Assembly: GCA_030603365.1 (NCBI GenBank)
Contig: JAUVXV010000016.1
Span: 26,274 to 90,273 of the forward strand
Source: Candidatus Heimdallarchaeota archaeon
Lineage (GTDB): Archaea > Asgardarchaeota > Heimdallarchaeia > Heimdallarchaeales > Heimdallarchaeaceae
Direction: 5' to 3'
Length of the DNA stretch: 64,000 nucleotides
A program made the translations under genes and the position numbers. This document shows, one piece after another, positions 49,037 through 60,600 of this stretch (the first letter of the stretch is position 1; every line of letters starts with the position of its first letter). The notes below the pieces were generated by a model. That model did no database searches and had not been told where the DNA came from. It saw only the letters and a list, made by a program, of their open reading frames with translations.

Positions 49037-52000
49037 TTATGCAACATCCTCTAATTCGATATGGGGTGCTATACCTAAACTCATTAATTCTTGCATTAGC
49101 AACTTAAATGCATAACTTATCACAACCCTTGAAACAGTGGTTTCTTCTTTACAAATTGGGCAATGATATCGATCTCTATTTCTGTCATACATTGCAAGGA
49201 ACCCACATTTTGAACAAATTAGAGCATCAGTTTTATCTGATTCATCTAATAACCTTTCTTTTAGTAGGATTGAGGTTCCGTGACCAATAAGACAATCCCT
49301 TTCCATCTCACCAAATCGAAGACCTCCTTCTCGAGCTCTTCCTTCAGTTGGTTGTCTGGTAAGCATTTGAATAGGACCACGTGCACGAGCATGGATTTTA
49401 TCTTGTACTAGATGGTGAAGTTTCTGATAAAATTGAGAACCAACAAAAATGGTTCCTTCTAATCTCCTACCAGTTTTACCATCATGCATTACTTCTCTTC
49501 CAAGTGGGTGCATATTCATTTTCATCAGGGATTCATGTAATCCGCTTAATTTAGTTTTACTGAAAGCGGTTCCATAGATTGAATCTCCAGAATTTGCTGC
49601 GATTTTTCCAGAAAGCAATTCCATAAGCATTCCTATTGTCATTCTTGATGGAACAGCATGTGGGTTGATAATTATGTCTGGTACTATACCTGACTCTGTA
49701 AAAGGCATATCCTCTTGAGGAATTATCAGTCCTATAACACCTTTTTGTCCATGTCTTGATGCAAACTTATCTCCAATTTCGGGAACTCTCTCAGATCGCA
49801 CTTTTACTTTGACCAATCTATTTCCTTCATTAGTATCGGTAAGAACAACAGTATCAGAAATACCTTTTTCACCATGTCTCATGGCTTTACTAGTTTCTCT
49901 TCTATTTTGAGGAGGAACTTCAAATTCAGTATACTCTTCTAGAAATCTTGGTGGGCTAGTACGACCTATTAAAACTTCACCTCGACCCCCATCAACAGAG
50001 ATTTCTGGTTCAATAATTCCATCCTCTCCGAGATGAACATATTGTGATTCATCTTTATAACCCCTAACTGTATCATCAGGAATTTCAAAAGTATCTTCTT
50101 GACCATTAGGATATTTTCGTTCTTCTGCATCATATGTTCTAAAAAAAGTGCTTCTTCCTAAACCTCGTTCTATTGCTGCCTTGTTAATTAACAAAGCATC
50201 TTCCATATTGTACCCTTCATAAGATAAAATAGCAACAATGAAATTCTGCCCTGCTGGACGGCTTTCAAAATGAATAGAATCCATTCCATGAGTCTTGACT
50301 AATGGCTTTTGAGGATAATGTAAGATATGTGCTCTTGTATCCATACGATATCTGAAATTAGCTGCAAATATACCAAGTGCTTGTTTTGCCATTCCTGCCT
50401 CATAGACATTACGATCTGAACGATTGTGCTCTGGAAATGGAATTAACGAAGCACAAATTCCTAAGATTGTGCTTGGTGTAATTTCCATATGAGAAGACTC
50501 TGAAACTAAATAATCTTCATCTATAGCAATGAATAGGTTTTCTTCTTCCTCTGCATCAACATATTCAACTACTTGATTTCTTATTAGATCACTCCATGAC
50601 CATTTACCACTTTTTATCCAATTGAACACTTCTTTGGTAACAGCTTGTGTGCCTTCATTGACAATTATAAGGGGACGACGAACTCTACCTGCATCACAAT
50701 TGACCATAATTTCGTTTATATCAGTATAATATGAAATATTGATTTCGTGATGAAGATCACCTGATCTACGTTTTTGTATAATCTTCTTGCGAAATTCTTC
50801 ACCATCTTGAACAACACCAAGAAAACTTCCATTCAAGAATATCTTACAATATGCAGCATCTGCTACAAGTTTAGCAAGAGGAGAGTTAGGTTCAATTAAA
50901 TCCTTAGGTTCAATTTTGTTAAGACTTAAATCATTAACAAGTTTCTTTTCAACTTCGTTATTATCTAAACCAACACTGATGTAAGCTTGAAGAGCAAGAT
51001 TCTTTACTAGACCACAATTTGGTCCTTCTGGTGTTTCGTTTGGACATATTTTACCAAAGTGTGTTGGATGGAGATCTCTTGCTTCGAAATGAGGTTGACT
51101 TCTGCTTAAAGGACTTACGACTCTCCTGAGATGGCTTAAAGCTGACATATAATTTGTTCTGTCAAGAAGTTGGCTTACTCCTGATTTTCCACCTGTCCAA
51201 TTACCTGTAGCTAAAGCATGACGCAATCTTTCTGTAATAAGATCTGCTCGGACTGCTGTTTTGAGATTGGGTTTTCGTCCTCGAACTGTAACTCTTTCTA
51301 ATTGATATTTAATATCACGACATAAAGCATGGAATGCGACTCTATAAAGCATTAAGAGCAAATCACCTGCTAGTTTTAACCTTTTATTTGCATAATGATC
51401 TTTATCGTCTTCTTGTCTAACACCTATTTCAAGTTCTAATAATCTTTGAGCCATTCTTGCTAAGAAGAATGCTTTCTTTAATCTTGAATCTTCGTCGCTT
51501 CCAAGATGGGGTAAAAGATATTTATCTAAAACCTGTATTGCACGATTAATACGATATTCCTTGGTTTGCCCAACAGCAACACGTTTTCCTATATAGTCTA
51601 AAGATTCTTCTGTAGTATCAATTTCAGAAGATTCCCTCATCAAAATAGACATAACTCTAGCACGAAGCTTTGGAGTTGGACTTATTGCCATTGCGATCAT
51701 ATCATCTCTTTCGATTCCCAATGCTCTCATTAGCAATATTAGAGAAATTTTTCGTGGCATACTTGGAAAACTGACCCTCAATTGACCATCATTTGTGTGC
51801 TCAACAGTTACTGGTGCTCTAAAACCATGTACGACGCTGAATACTTTAGCTTCACTAGTGACATTTCCTTTGCTGGTTAGTTTCTCAATTAGAATTCGAT
51901 TGGGAGCTAAATCTTCTTGAGTAACAATAACTCTCTCACTTCCATTAACTAAGAAATAACCTCCAGGATCTTTTGGATCCTCACCCAATTTAACTAGAGA

Positions 52001-52435
52001 CTCAGGAGAACGGTTATATAATTGACATCTTTTGGATTTCAACATTATTGGAAGGTATCCAATAAAAACATTGATTGTTTCCAAGGGAATCTCAACACCA
52101 TCAGTCCCACCTTTTCGAATAGGTGTCATGTGAAGATTCAATCTAGATGCATAAGTAAGATTACGAATTCTTGCTTCCATTGGATAGATAGAACTTTGAG
52201 ATCCATCTGCTTCTCTAATTGTAGGTTCTTCAACTTCAACTCTTTCAAGTTTAACATAAAATTCAGAATCTTCAGGCTCTATGACTTTAATTTCCTTAAT
52301 AACGGATTGAAGACCATTTTCAATAAAATCGTTAAAAGAATCAAGATGCTGACGAACTAAACCTAATTCTTCAAACATCGAGTTAACTAGAACCCATCGA
52401 CTGTTGGCGTCTGCTTTACTTTTCTTTTTGGCCAT
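49037..52435 (-). CDS. rpoB: RNA polymerase subunit B (unsplit Rpo2)
   Basis: GDKFASRHGQKG, GGLRFGEMERD, ETPEG and C-terminal Zn motif. 1132 aa. Confidence 0.98.
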   Translation of the reverse strand: MAKKKSKADANSRWVLVNSMFEELGLVRQHLDSFNDFIENGLQSVIKEIKVIEPEDSEFYVKLERVEVEEPTIREADGSQSSIYPMEARIRNLTYASRLNLHMTPIRKGGTDGVEIPLETINVFIGYLPIMLKSKRCQLYNRSPESLVKLGEDPKDPGGYFLVNGSERVIVTQEDLAPNRILIEKLTSKGNVTSEAKVFSVVHGFRAPVTVEHTNDGQLRVSFPSMPRKISLILLMRALGIERDDMIAMAISPTPKLRARVMSILMRESSEIDTTEESLDYIGKRVAVGQTKEYRINRAIQVLDKYLLPHLGSDEDSRLKKAFFLARMAQRLLELEIGVRQEDDKDHYANKRLKLAGDLLLMLYRVAFHALCRDIKYQLERVTVRGRKPNLKTAVRADLITERLRHALATGNWTGGKSGVSQLLDRTNYMSALSHLRRVVSPLSRSQPHFEARDLHPTHFGKICPNETPEGPNCGLVKNLALQAYISVGLDNNEVEKKLVNDLSLNKIEPKDLIEPNSPLAKLVADAAYCKIFLNGSFLGVVQDGEEFRKKIIQKRRSGDLHHEINISYYTDINEIMVNCDAGRVRRPLIIVNEGTQAVTKEVFNWIKSGKWSWSDLIRNQVVEYVDAEEEENLFIAIDEDYLVSESSHMEITPSTILGICASLIPFPEHNRSDRNVYEAGMAKQALGIFAANFRYRMDTRAHILHYPQKPLVKTHGMDSIHFESRPAGQNFIVAILSYEGYNMEDALLINKAAIERGLGRSTFFRTYDAEERKYPNGQEDTFEIPDDTVRGYKDESQYVHLGEDGIIEPEISVDGGRGEVLIGRTSPPRFLEEYTEFEVPPQNRRETSKAMRHGEKGISDTVVLTDTNEGNRLVKVKVRSERVPEIGDKFASRHGQKGVIGLIIPQEDMPFTESGIVPDIIINPHAVPSRMTIGMLMELLSGKIAANSGDSIYGTAFSKTKLSGLHESLMKMNMHPLGREVMHDGKTGRRLEGTIFVGSQFYQKLHHLVQDKIHARARGPIQMLTRQPTEGRAREGGLRFGEMERDCLIGHGTSILLKERLLDESDKTDALICSKCGFLAMYDRNRDRYHCPICKEETTVSRVVISYAFKLLMQELMSLGIAPHIELEDVA

Positions 52436-52529
52436 TTAAACACCTTAACCAAACAAAAATTAATGTCCTCGCATTAAGGGGGTTATATGATATATTAAAA
52501 ATCTTATGAATCACGACTACATTACTATG

Positions 52530-53939
52530 TTAATTCTTGTTATTGTTTACGTGAAAAATAAGAGACCACGGATAACGGATAGCTATCTTATTTACTACAT
52601 TTTTTACTTTTTGTTTTTCAGCCGTATCTTCATAGAAGAGTAAAATGACTTTTCCCCCTCTACCTCTCTTCATTTTCTGGTAAACTGTTTTGGGAGAGTT
52701 TACTAAGTCAAAAACTATTATGACTTCAGTCTCTGGAAGATCTAAGTCTCTCTCTCCTACTGGAGATAAAATAAGAGCTGATTGAGTTGTTGACTTTTTG
52801 AAAGCGTCAATAATTTCTCCCTTATTCTTTATCCTTCCTGTAACTATAAATGTCTCAAATCCTTTGTTTTTCAATAATTCACATAAAGAATCTACTGTAG
52901 AAAGGAAGGAACATAAGACAGTTACCTTTTGATATCCTTTTGCTATATTCATAACCTCTAATTCTTTGCCACATATTTCTGGTAGATTGAAAGATTCTTT
53001 CTTCTCAAAATCATATCTATAGAGATAGTTTCGGTAAGAACTCGCAGGCATAGAATAAACATATTTACGCAATAGCAAAAGGCGATTGAGTTCTTCCACC
53101 AATTCGGTTTCAACAGAGATAAGTGGTAAACTATTGAAAAAATCCTTTTTCAATCTTGCCAAATCTTTTGGGGAAGATTCCCCAACTTCTTGAATAATTC
53201 TCTCTCTTGTGAGTTTTATTTGATCAGTTATCAAATTAATAATTTCTGCAGTTTTCTGATCTTCTACTGGGTGTATTTGAACTTCTGTGTTTTTGATGTA
53301 TTCTTTAATGTCTGTATCCTGAAAGTCTTCAATTGTAATCGTAGTACTTCTAGGAATGAAATCTATTAGAGTTTTCAATTCATTTCGAAGCTGTAATTGG
53401 TTTTCATCAAGTACTATATGTTCATCTCTTAATGTACCACTCATCCCCACCAATCTTGTATGGTCTAACATTGGCAACAGGGCATTCCATGGTACGCACA
53501 ATACTCTACGATGAGAAACTCGACGAACAATTTGGTCTACTTCGTTCACAATCACAATATCAATGTCTTCTGCTAGCTCAGGATATTTCTTCAAAGTATT
53601 AGAAAAAACAATTGGTAGAGATAAGATTATTCTGTTGTTTTCAATAATGTACTTTCTGTAACTTGCATTAGTTCCACTTTTAATGGATACAAGTTTATCT
53701 ATTCCTCCATACTCATATTCCAAATATTGAGCAGTTTCCTCTAAAGATGAATGTGTCTGAAGAAAAACAACAACTTTTTTCTCCTTGAAAGTTTCAGTTA
53801 AAAGTCTGTACATTAGAACTCGTTTACCCATACCACAATCAAGTTCCAGAATAATACTTTGATCTACTTCTACAAGGGAAGAGATTTTATCAATAATGAA
53901 GTTCTGGTATTCTCGTGATTCAATGGGCAAACTAATCAC
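52530..53939 (-). CDS. Hef/FANCM-like SF2 helicase core with deviant motifs
   Basis: REYQ Q-motif, DCGMGKR (I), NEVD (II), MSGT (III), VGERDLDLP (V), YQKMKRGRG (VI). No nuclease domain. Confidence 0.75.
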   Translation of the reverse strand: MISLPIESREYQNFIIDKISSLVEVDQSIILELDCGMGKRVLMYRLLTETFKEKKVVVFLQTHSSLEETAQYLEYEYGGIDKLVSIKSGTNASYRKYIIENNRIILSLPIVFSNTLKKYPELAEDIDIVIVNEVDQIVRRVSHRRVLCVPWNALLPMLDHTRLVGMSGTLRDEHIVLDENQLQLRNELKTLIDFIPRSTTITIEDFQDTDIKEYIKNTEVQIHPVEDQKTAEIINLITDQIKLTRERIIQEVGESSPKDLARLKKDFFNSLPLISVETELVEELNRLLLLRKYVYSMPASSYRNYLYRYDFEKKESFNLPEICGKELEVMNIAKGYQKVTVLCSFLSTVDSLCELLKNKGFETFIVTGRIKNKGEIIDAFKKSTTQSALILSPVGERDLDLPETEVIIVFDLVNSPKTVYQKMKRGRGGKVILLFYEDTAEKQKVKNVVNKIAIRYPWSLIFHVNNNKN

Positions 53940-53997
53940 TCTTTTATCAAGATTTTCATATTTAAAGCAAAAGATGTTACATATAAATCTGTGAAGT

Positions 53998-54810
53998 TTA
54001 AATCAAGTTTTTTCTAATTTGATCCTGCAGTATTTCCATCATTTTAGTGGCAGGTTCACTTTTTCTATACAAATCCAAACTAATCGGTGAAATGCTTATA
54101 CCATTCATCTCTGTGACTGCCCAAGAATCTGTATTTTCAGTAAATGATTTCTTTTTTTCACCCCATAACCACAAATAGGGAAGATTTCTGGGGTCTGATT
54201 TTTCTACCATGTAGTTGTCATATTTGTAAAGAGTAGGTGAAGTAATAAAGACCTGAGTGTCTTTTGTAATCTCTTTTGGATAGTTAACATTAAGGAAGGC
54301 TAAATTTTCTGGCCAATCTAGCTCTAGAACTATTTTCACAATTTCTGCAGATATTTTAGCAATGTTGTCAAAGTCGATACCTCTCTGATCCATCAATTGA
54401 GCGTCATCTGTAACATCTGTAGAAAAAGCAATTGCTGGGACTTGATTAAATGCGGCCTCAAAAGCTGCTGCACATGTTCCACTTGTAAGAATTGAATGAA
54501 TTGAGGAGTTATCTCCATAATTGATACCACTAATAACTAGATCAGGTTTTTTCTTTAGAACATGAAAACCAACAAACACATTATCAGCAGGTGAACCAGT
54601 TGTGCTATATCCTACTGAACCATCTTTGTAGTTGATTGTGAAGAATCTTATCGGTTTATGAAAAGTAAGTGATTTCGAAACAGCAGAGCTTGGTTCTGCG
54701 GGTGCAAAACATACCACATTTGCTATTTTGTTTACTTCTTCTCTTAATGAATTTAGCCCTTGAGACTTGACACCATCATCATTGGTTAATAGAACTAGTT
54801 TATTTTTCAC
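53998..54810 (-). CDS. surE: 5'/3'-nucleotidase SurE
   Basis: LLTNDDG, GSPAD, SGINYGDN and SGT motifs. Confidence 0.95.
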   Translation of the reverse strand: MKNKLVLLTNDDGVKSQGLNSLREEVNKIANVVCFAPAEPSSAVSKSLTFHKPIRFFTINYKDGSVGYSTTGSPADNVFVGFHVLKKKPDLVISGINYGDNSSIHSILTSGTCAAAFEAAFNQVPAIAFSTDVTDDAQLMDQRGIDFDNIAKISAEIVKIVLELDWPENLAFLNVNYPKEITKDTQVFITSPTLYKYDNYMVEKSDPRNLPYLWLWGEKKKSFTENTDSWAVTEMNGISISPISLDLYRKSEPATKMMEILQDQIRKNLI

Positions 54811-54923
54811 GAGAATAATCTTTTAATTATGTTTGTTAAGTTTATCTTTAACAAAGAAAATTTGATAAATCATAAGTTTAAAAATCTAATAATTCCAGAA
54901 ATTAACTAGAAGGTGTCAATTTA

Positions 54924-57629
54924 ATGACAGAAAAATATGTTTACAAGTTTTTTAACAAAGAAATCTGTGAAGGGAGCGCAGATATGAAAAATTTACTTGG
55001 TGGAAAAGGAGCTAATTTAGCAGAAATGACTTCATTAGGTTTACCTGTACCACCCGGTTTTGTAGTTTCTACTCAAGCCTGTCTTCATTTTTTGGCAAAC
55101 AATGAAGCTTATCCTGCAGGTTTAGAAGAAGCAATTGATGAAGCATTAGTAGCTTTGGAAAACCACATGGGAAAGAAATTAGGTGATAACGAAGACCCAT
55201 TGCTTGTATCTGTTCGTTCAGGAGCAAGAATTTCAATGCCAGGTATGATGGATACAGTATTAAATCTAGGTTTGAATGATGTATCAGTTGAGGGATTAGC
55301 TAATATTTCAAACGATTTAAGATTTGCATATGACTCTTATAGACGTTTCATGTACATGTATGCTGATGTGGTAAAAGGTGTTAGTAAAGAATATTTTGAG
55401 AAAGAATTGGAGAAACTCAAGCATGAGTTGGGTATAGAAAATGATACAGACATACCAGCTAGTGAACTTAAGAACTTAATTCAAAAATACAAAGTAATCT
55501 ACAAAGAACATCTAGGAGAAGATTTTCCTCAAGATTCAAGGAAACAATTAGATGATGCTATACGAGCTGTTTTCAGAAGTTGGAATACAAGGAGGGCAAT
55601 TGATTATAGAAATCATCAAGGTATTCCGCATGATTTAGGGACTGCCGTTAATGTTATGACAATGATTTATGGTAATCTTGGTGAAACTTCAGCAACAGGA
55701 GTAGCATTTACACGTAATCCATCTGACGGTGAAAAGAAATTGTATGGAGAATATTTAGTAAATGCACAAGGAGAAGATGTTGTTGCAGGGATTCGTACTC
55801 CCATTCCTATTGAAGAGCTTAAAATTGCAATGCCAGAATCATATAATCAACTTTTAGAGATTTCTGAATTGCTAGAGGAAAGATATCGAGATATGCAAGA
55901 TATGGAATTTACAATTCAACAAGGTAAACTCTACATGCTTCAGACAAGAAATGGAAAAAGAACTGGTATTGCAGCTAGTCAGATAGCATATGATTTGGTA
56001 AACGAAGGTCGAATATCTAAGGAAGAAGCAATTTTGAGGATAAGCCCAAGTGATGTTGAAAATGCTCTATTCCCATCAGTAGATTGGGGAAAAATTGATC
56101 CAAATGCTCCAGTTAAACAAATCAAAGAGAGTATAGCAAATCAGTACCTGGGTTCAGGTTTAGCAGCAGGAGCTGCAGCTGCTACAGGGTTAGCTATTTT
56201 TGATGCTGACAGAGCAAAAGAAATAGCTGACAAGCATCAAGATGTGATTTTGGTAAGAGTTGAGACGAATCCATCTGACTTTCATGGCATGGTAGCAGCA
56301 AATGGGATATTGACAATGAAAGGGGGTCTGACATCGCACGCCGCAATTGTAGCTAGACAAATAGGAAAAGCTTGCATTGTAGGTAGTGAACGTGGTAACG
56401 TAGAAATTGATGAAGAAAATAGAGAACTTCGTGGAAATAGTATTACTATTAAAGAAGGTGATTGGATTACAATCGATGGTACCGATGGTTCAATCTATCG
56501 AGGAGAACTTCCAACCACACCTGCTGAATTACCAACAGAAATGACAAAAATCCTTGAATGGGCAGATGAATTTGCAAAATTGCGAGTGATAGCAAACGCC
56601 GATAAACCAGATCAATTCAGAACTGCAATAAATTTTGGAGCACAAGGGATTGGGTTAACAAGGACTGAACATATGTTTTTTGATAATCTAGACATTGTTC
56701 AAGAGATGATACTAGCTCGTACAGAAGCTGAACGACAAATAGCCGTTGACAAACTTGAACCTTTACAACAAAAAGATTTCGAAGGATTATTTGAAGCAGC
56801 AGAAGGTAAACCAATTACTATACGTTTAATTGATCCACCATTGCATGAATTTTTACCAAGCGAAGTTGAGCTATTGAAAGAAATTTATGAAGCTCGTCTG
56901 GAAGGTAAAACAGAGGTGGAACTAAAAGAACAATATGAACTACTTGAGCAGGTTAAGTTGATAAAAGAGCAAAATCCTATGTTAGGTTTAAGAGGATGTA
57001 GATTAGGCATTACTATGCCAATGGTTACCGAAATGCAGAGTAAAGCAATTTTTAGAGCAGCTGCTAAAATCAAGAAAACTGGAAAAGAAATAATGCCAAA
57101 AGTAATGGTGCCACTAGTAGGCTTTGCAACAGAATTCCATAATCAACGTAAAATTATTGATGCTATGGCTAAAAAGATAATGGAAGAAGAGTGTATTGAG
57201 TTTTCATACAAAGTAGGTACAATGATTGAAGTTCCTCGTGCAGCCCTAACAACAGCTGAAATAGCTGAAGGAGAGAAAGGTGTGGAATTTATCTCATTCG
57301 GAACAAATGATTTACACCAAATGACACTAGGATTCAGCAGAGATGATGCAGGAACGTTTATAGATATATATATGCAAGAAAATATTATAGAAGCAGACCC
57401 ATTTGTAACAATAGACCAAACAGGTGTTGGACGCTTAATGGAGATGTGTGTGAAGGAAGGAAGAGAAACGAATCCAAAGTTGGAGTGCTCTGTGTGTGGT
57501 GAACATGGTGGGGATCCCAAATCTATTGATTTTTGCCACAGAATTGGTCTTGATTTCGTTTCTTGTAGCCCTTACCGTATCCCTATAGCTAGATTAGCAG
57601 CAGGTCATGCAGCTTTAAAGAATAAATGA
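54924..57629 (+). CDS. ppdK: Pyruvate, phosphate dikinase
   Basis: GGKGANL, SVRSGA..SMPGMMDT, phospho-His GGLTSHAA, RTEHMF and CGEHGG motifs. Confidence 0.98.
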   Translation: MTEKYVYKFFNKEICEGSADMKNLLGGKGANLAEMTSLGLPVPPGFVVSTQACLHFLANNEAYPAGLEEAIDEALVALENHMGKKLGDNEDPLLVSVRSGARISMPGMMDTVLNLGLNDVSVEGLANISNDLRFAYDSYRRFMYMYADVVKGVSKEYFEKELEKLKHELGIENDTDIPASELKNLIQKYKVIYKEHLGEDFPQDSRKQLDDAIRAVFRSWNTRRAIDYRNHQGIPHDLGTAVNVMTMIYGNLGETSATGVAFTRNPSDGEKKLYGEYLVNAQGEDVVAGIRTPIPIEELKIAMPESYNQLLEISELLEERYRDMQDMEFTIQQGKLYMLQTRNGKRTGIAASQIAYDLVNEGRISKEEAILRISPSDVENALFPSVDWGKIDPNAPVKQIKESIANQYLGSGLAAGAAAATGLAIFDADRAKEIADKHQDVILVRVETNPSDFHGMVAANGILTMKGGLTSHAAIVARQIGKACIVGSERGNVEIDEENRELRGNSITIKEGDWITIDGTDGSIYRGELPTTPAELPTEMTKILEWADEFAKLRVIANADKPDQFRTAINFGAQGIGLTRTEHMFFDNLDIVQEMILARTEAERQIAVDKLEPLQQKDFEGLFEAAEGKPITIRLIDPPLHEFLPSEVELLKEIYEARLEGKTEVELKEQYELLEQVKLIKEQNPMLGLRGCRLGITMPMVTEMQSKAIFRAAAKIKKTGKEIMPKVMVPLVGFATEFHNQRKIIDAMAKKIMEEECIEFSYKVGTMIEVPRAALTTAEIAEGEKGVEFISFGTNDLHQMTLGFSRDDAGTFIDIYMQENIIEADPFVTIDQTGVGRLMEMCVKEGRETNPKLECSVCGEHGGDPKSIDFCHRIGLDFVSCSPYRIPIARLAAGHAALKNK

Positions 57630-57649
57630 AACGAATAAAATTCCTCTTT

Positions 57650-60600
57650 TTACCTTTTTTTATCAATCAACAGATTAATTTCATCTTCCCATTCTTTGTG
57701 AGGAGTAGTTAATTTTTTGTTAGAAAGAATTTTAATGATATTGTTAATCGATTCTTTTGCAATTCTTCTCATGTAAGGATTGGTATTAGGAAAATAGAAT
57801 AATGCTTCTTCATGTGTTGAAATCCATTCACCTTTAGAATAATTTAAAGCATTTAAACCCAATTTACCTTGTTCAGAATATGTTCTAGTTCTTTGTGAAT
57901 CACGGCCCATATAATAAGTAATTTCTACTTTTTCCTCTTTCAATAATCTAATATCCTCAATCACAAGTTCCCAATCATTATCTTTGAGAGCCTTAGGAAA
58001 AGTCAGATATTTACAATTGTTGTTTTCTATCATAGTTTGAATTGTACCAATTACAGCATCAGTAAATTCACACCACAGTGAATAATAATCAAGAATAAGA
58101 TAAATATACATCCTCATTAACACAATAGGATTATCAAATCCAATTCTAGGATTAAATTTCATTTGTGAATTATCTTTGAGTTTTTCCAGAATTGATGAAG
58201 AGTTTGGATCACTACCAAAAACCCTATACAATTTAGCTCTCCAGTATTGTCTAGCGAGATTTGCCCCTTTTCCATCTGATTCTTTACCTCCCAAAAATCG
58301 AATGTTTAACCTATTAGCATCTTTCTCATATTTGATAGGAAAATTTCCAAGCATTTCTTTTTTTAAGTGAGGATACTTCCTAATAACATCATTAATGTTA
58401 ATGTAGACATTTATAGGTGGCATTTCATTTTCAGAGTTTATTGGTTGACCGCCTGTTGGGGGTGAAATAGGATATGTAATAAGTTCATTTTTAAGATTGA
58501 TGTGATTGCTATTGTCATCCAACAAAACCACTAGTCTTTTTCCTGAACCTTTGTTGAATAATCCTTGAGGGAGCCTATGGGGTTTATTCGCTTTCTGTAA
58601 TATTAGAGTAGTTGCGATAAGAGAATATCTTGAGATATTTTCATCATCCTTAGAAATTGTTTCTATAAGTTTATCAAAGATTTCAGCTTTGTTTTTAAAT
58701 TTCACAACATCCAAAAGTATTGTGTCCCCATTAAAACCTAGCATGTTATCATATAGCTTTTTGAGAGAACCAGAGAGTTTAATATTCTTTCTAACTGCAA
58801 AATTGTCTAAGGCTTCTTGAAATGGTAAATACCAGTAATGTATTTCTGTATAAGGAATTACGGAATATAATTTTTGGATTTTCGATAACCAGTTTGTATA
58901 TTTGTTAATGTTCTCAGCAGCAATTTCAACGTAGGATTGAATCGTATTATTCTTAAATGCCTTGAAATCCTCAAATTGTTTAACCAATTGTTTGAATAGA
59001 GTATTCAAAATTTCATTGTATTTCATGACGATGATTTTCTCATGGTTAGAAGCGATTTTAGTTATTTCTCGTTCATTTACCTCCATCAAAACATTGTCAA
59101 CTAAAGATTGTAGATTTTGATAGACAAGTCTAACATTTTGATAATTCAAATTCTCTTTATCTATCATCAATTTGTCAAGAATTTCAGAAGTAAAACCTTT
59201 GATCGATATCATTCCTTCCTCAACACAAAGTTTGAAACTATCTGAATGTATTGGAACTTCAATCAGCTTTTTTTTACTATTGCTAATTTTGAGATTTAGA
59301 ACCCTTACAACATTGTTAGAATCATCTAATGTTGCACTATTTTGCATTAAGGCAAGTAGTCTATGATAGTTCATAGTTCCATTGAATATAGCATTTACAT
59401 AACTTAGAGGTTTTCCTTTTTCTAAGAGTGTTTCTTTAACTAAACTATGCATAGTTCCATCCGATTTCATTTTTCGGACAAAATCGTTACCCAATATATT
59501 TAAGGTGAAAAGAACTCGCTCACTTAAACTATTTGCTATTCTTAATGCTAGTACTGAATCATTATTTGGTAGATATTTGGCGAGATATATTTGAAATTTA
59601 ACTCCATAACATCCCTTAACGTATTCTAACATTTTCTTATCCAAATCTTTGATATGCAAATTTCTGTTCAAATTGTAGATAGCGTTTTGTAATTTCGATT
59701 CTACAACAATAAACTCTAAACCTCCCCCCGTATCTGCTAGAATGAAATCATCAAACGAATGTTTGAATTTTTGCATGGAATTAGGTGCAATATATATTTT
59801 AGATTTACTAGAATGATGGGAAAGTCTTCTCAACGAATCTCTGTCTCTGTTGATTTTACACCAAGCTTCCATAAATGTTTCTCCCATATTTGTTGAATCA
59901 AGCCCCAATATCGATTGTTCGTATCCAGATATAGCTGCTAAATACTTGGCATAGGTTCTTGCTTGTTTAGAGGTAAGTTCTGGGTATATCTGCGAATAGA
60001 ATGCTTCCATTAAATCTAGCTGTTCTCTCATAAAAATTGCAGTAATTTTCTCTTTATCTACATTTTTTGTATATAATTTCAAGTAATTTCCATACAAAGC
60101 GTTATTTCCTTCTAAATTTTCTATCTGTTTTATATTTGAAGAGAAAATTATCTTAGGTACAGTATTTGATATTGATGCAAGACATCTTACACCTGTAATT
60201 ATTCTGTTAATCTGTGATAATATTTCATCCCATTTGTCTTGGTTTTTTATGTTTCCCTTGTTATCAACAAGCTCATTCCAGTGTGCATTATCAAAACATG
60301 TTGCTCTAATCAATTCAATGATTTCTAATTTTAAAATCGCTGTCTTAGATGCTTCATCTCCTTCACCCATTATTTCCAGAGTATTTTCAATAAATTCAAG
60401 TGTAAAACTTTTTTCTAAATCTAGTTCTAGTGGTAAAATGGTTGTATTATCCAAGGTTTTGATTTCAGTTGTATACTTGTTGTCTAGTACAATGTTAGGT
60501 AATAAAAACGCGTCACTTTTTCTTTTCGCTACTATTCTATCTTGATTTTCTATATAATCATAATTAGTTGGATCCTTTTTACTATTCACATTATTATTGT

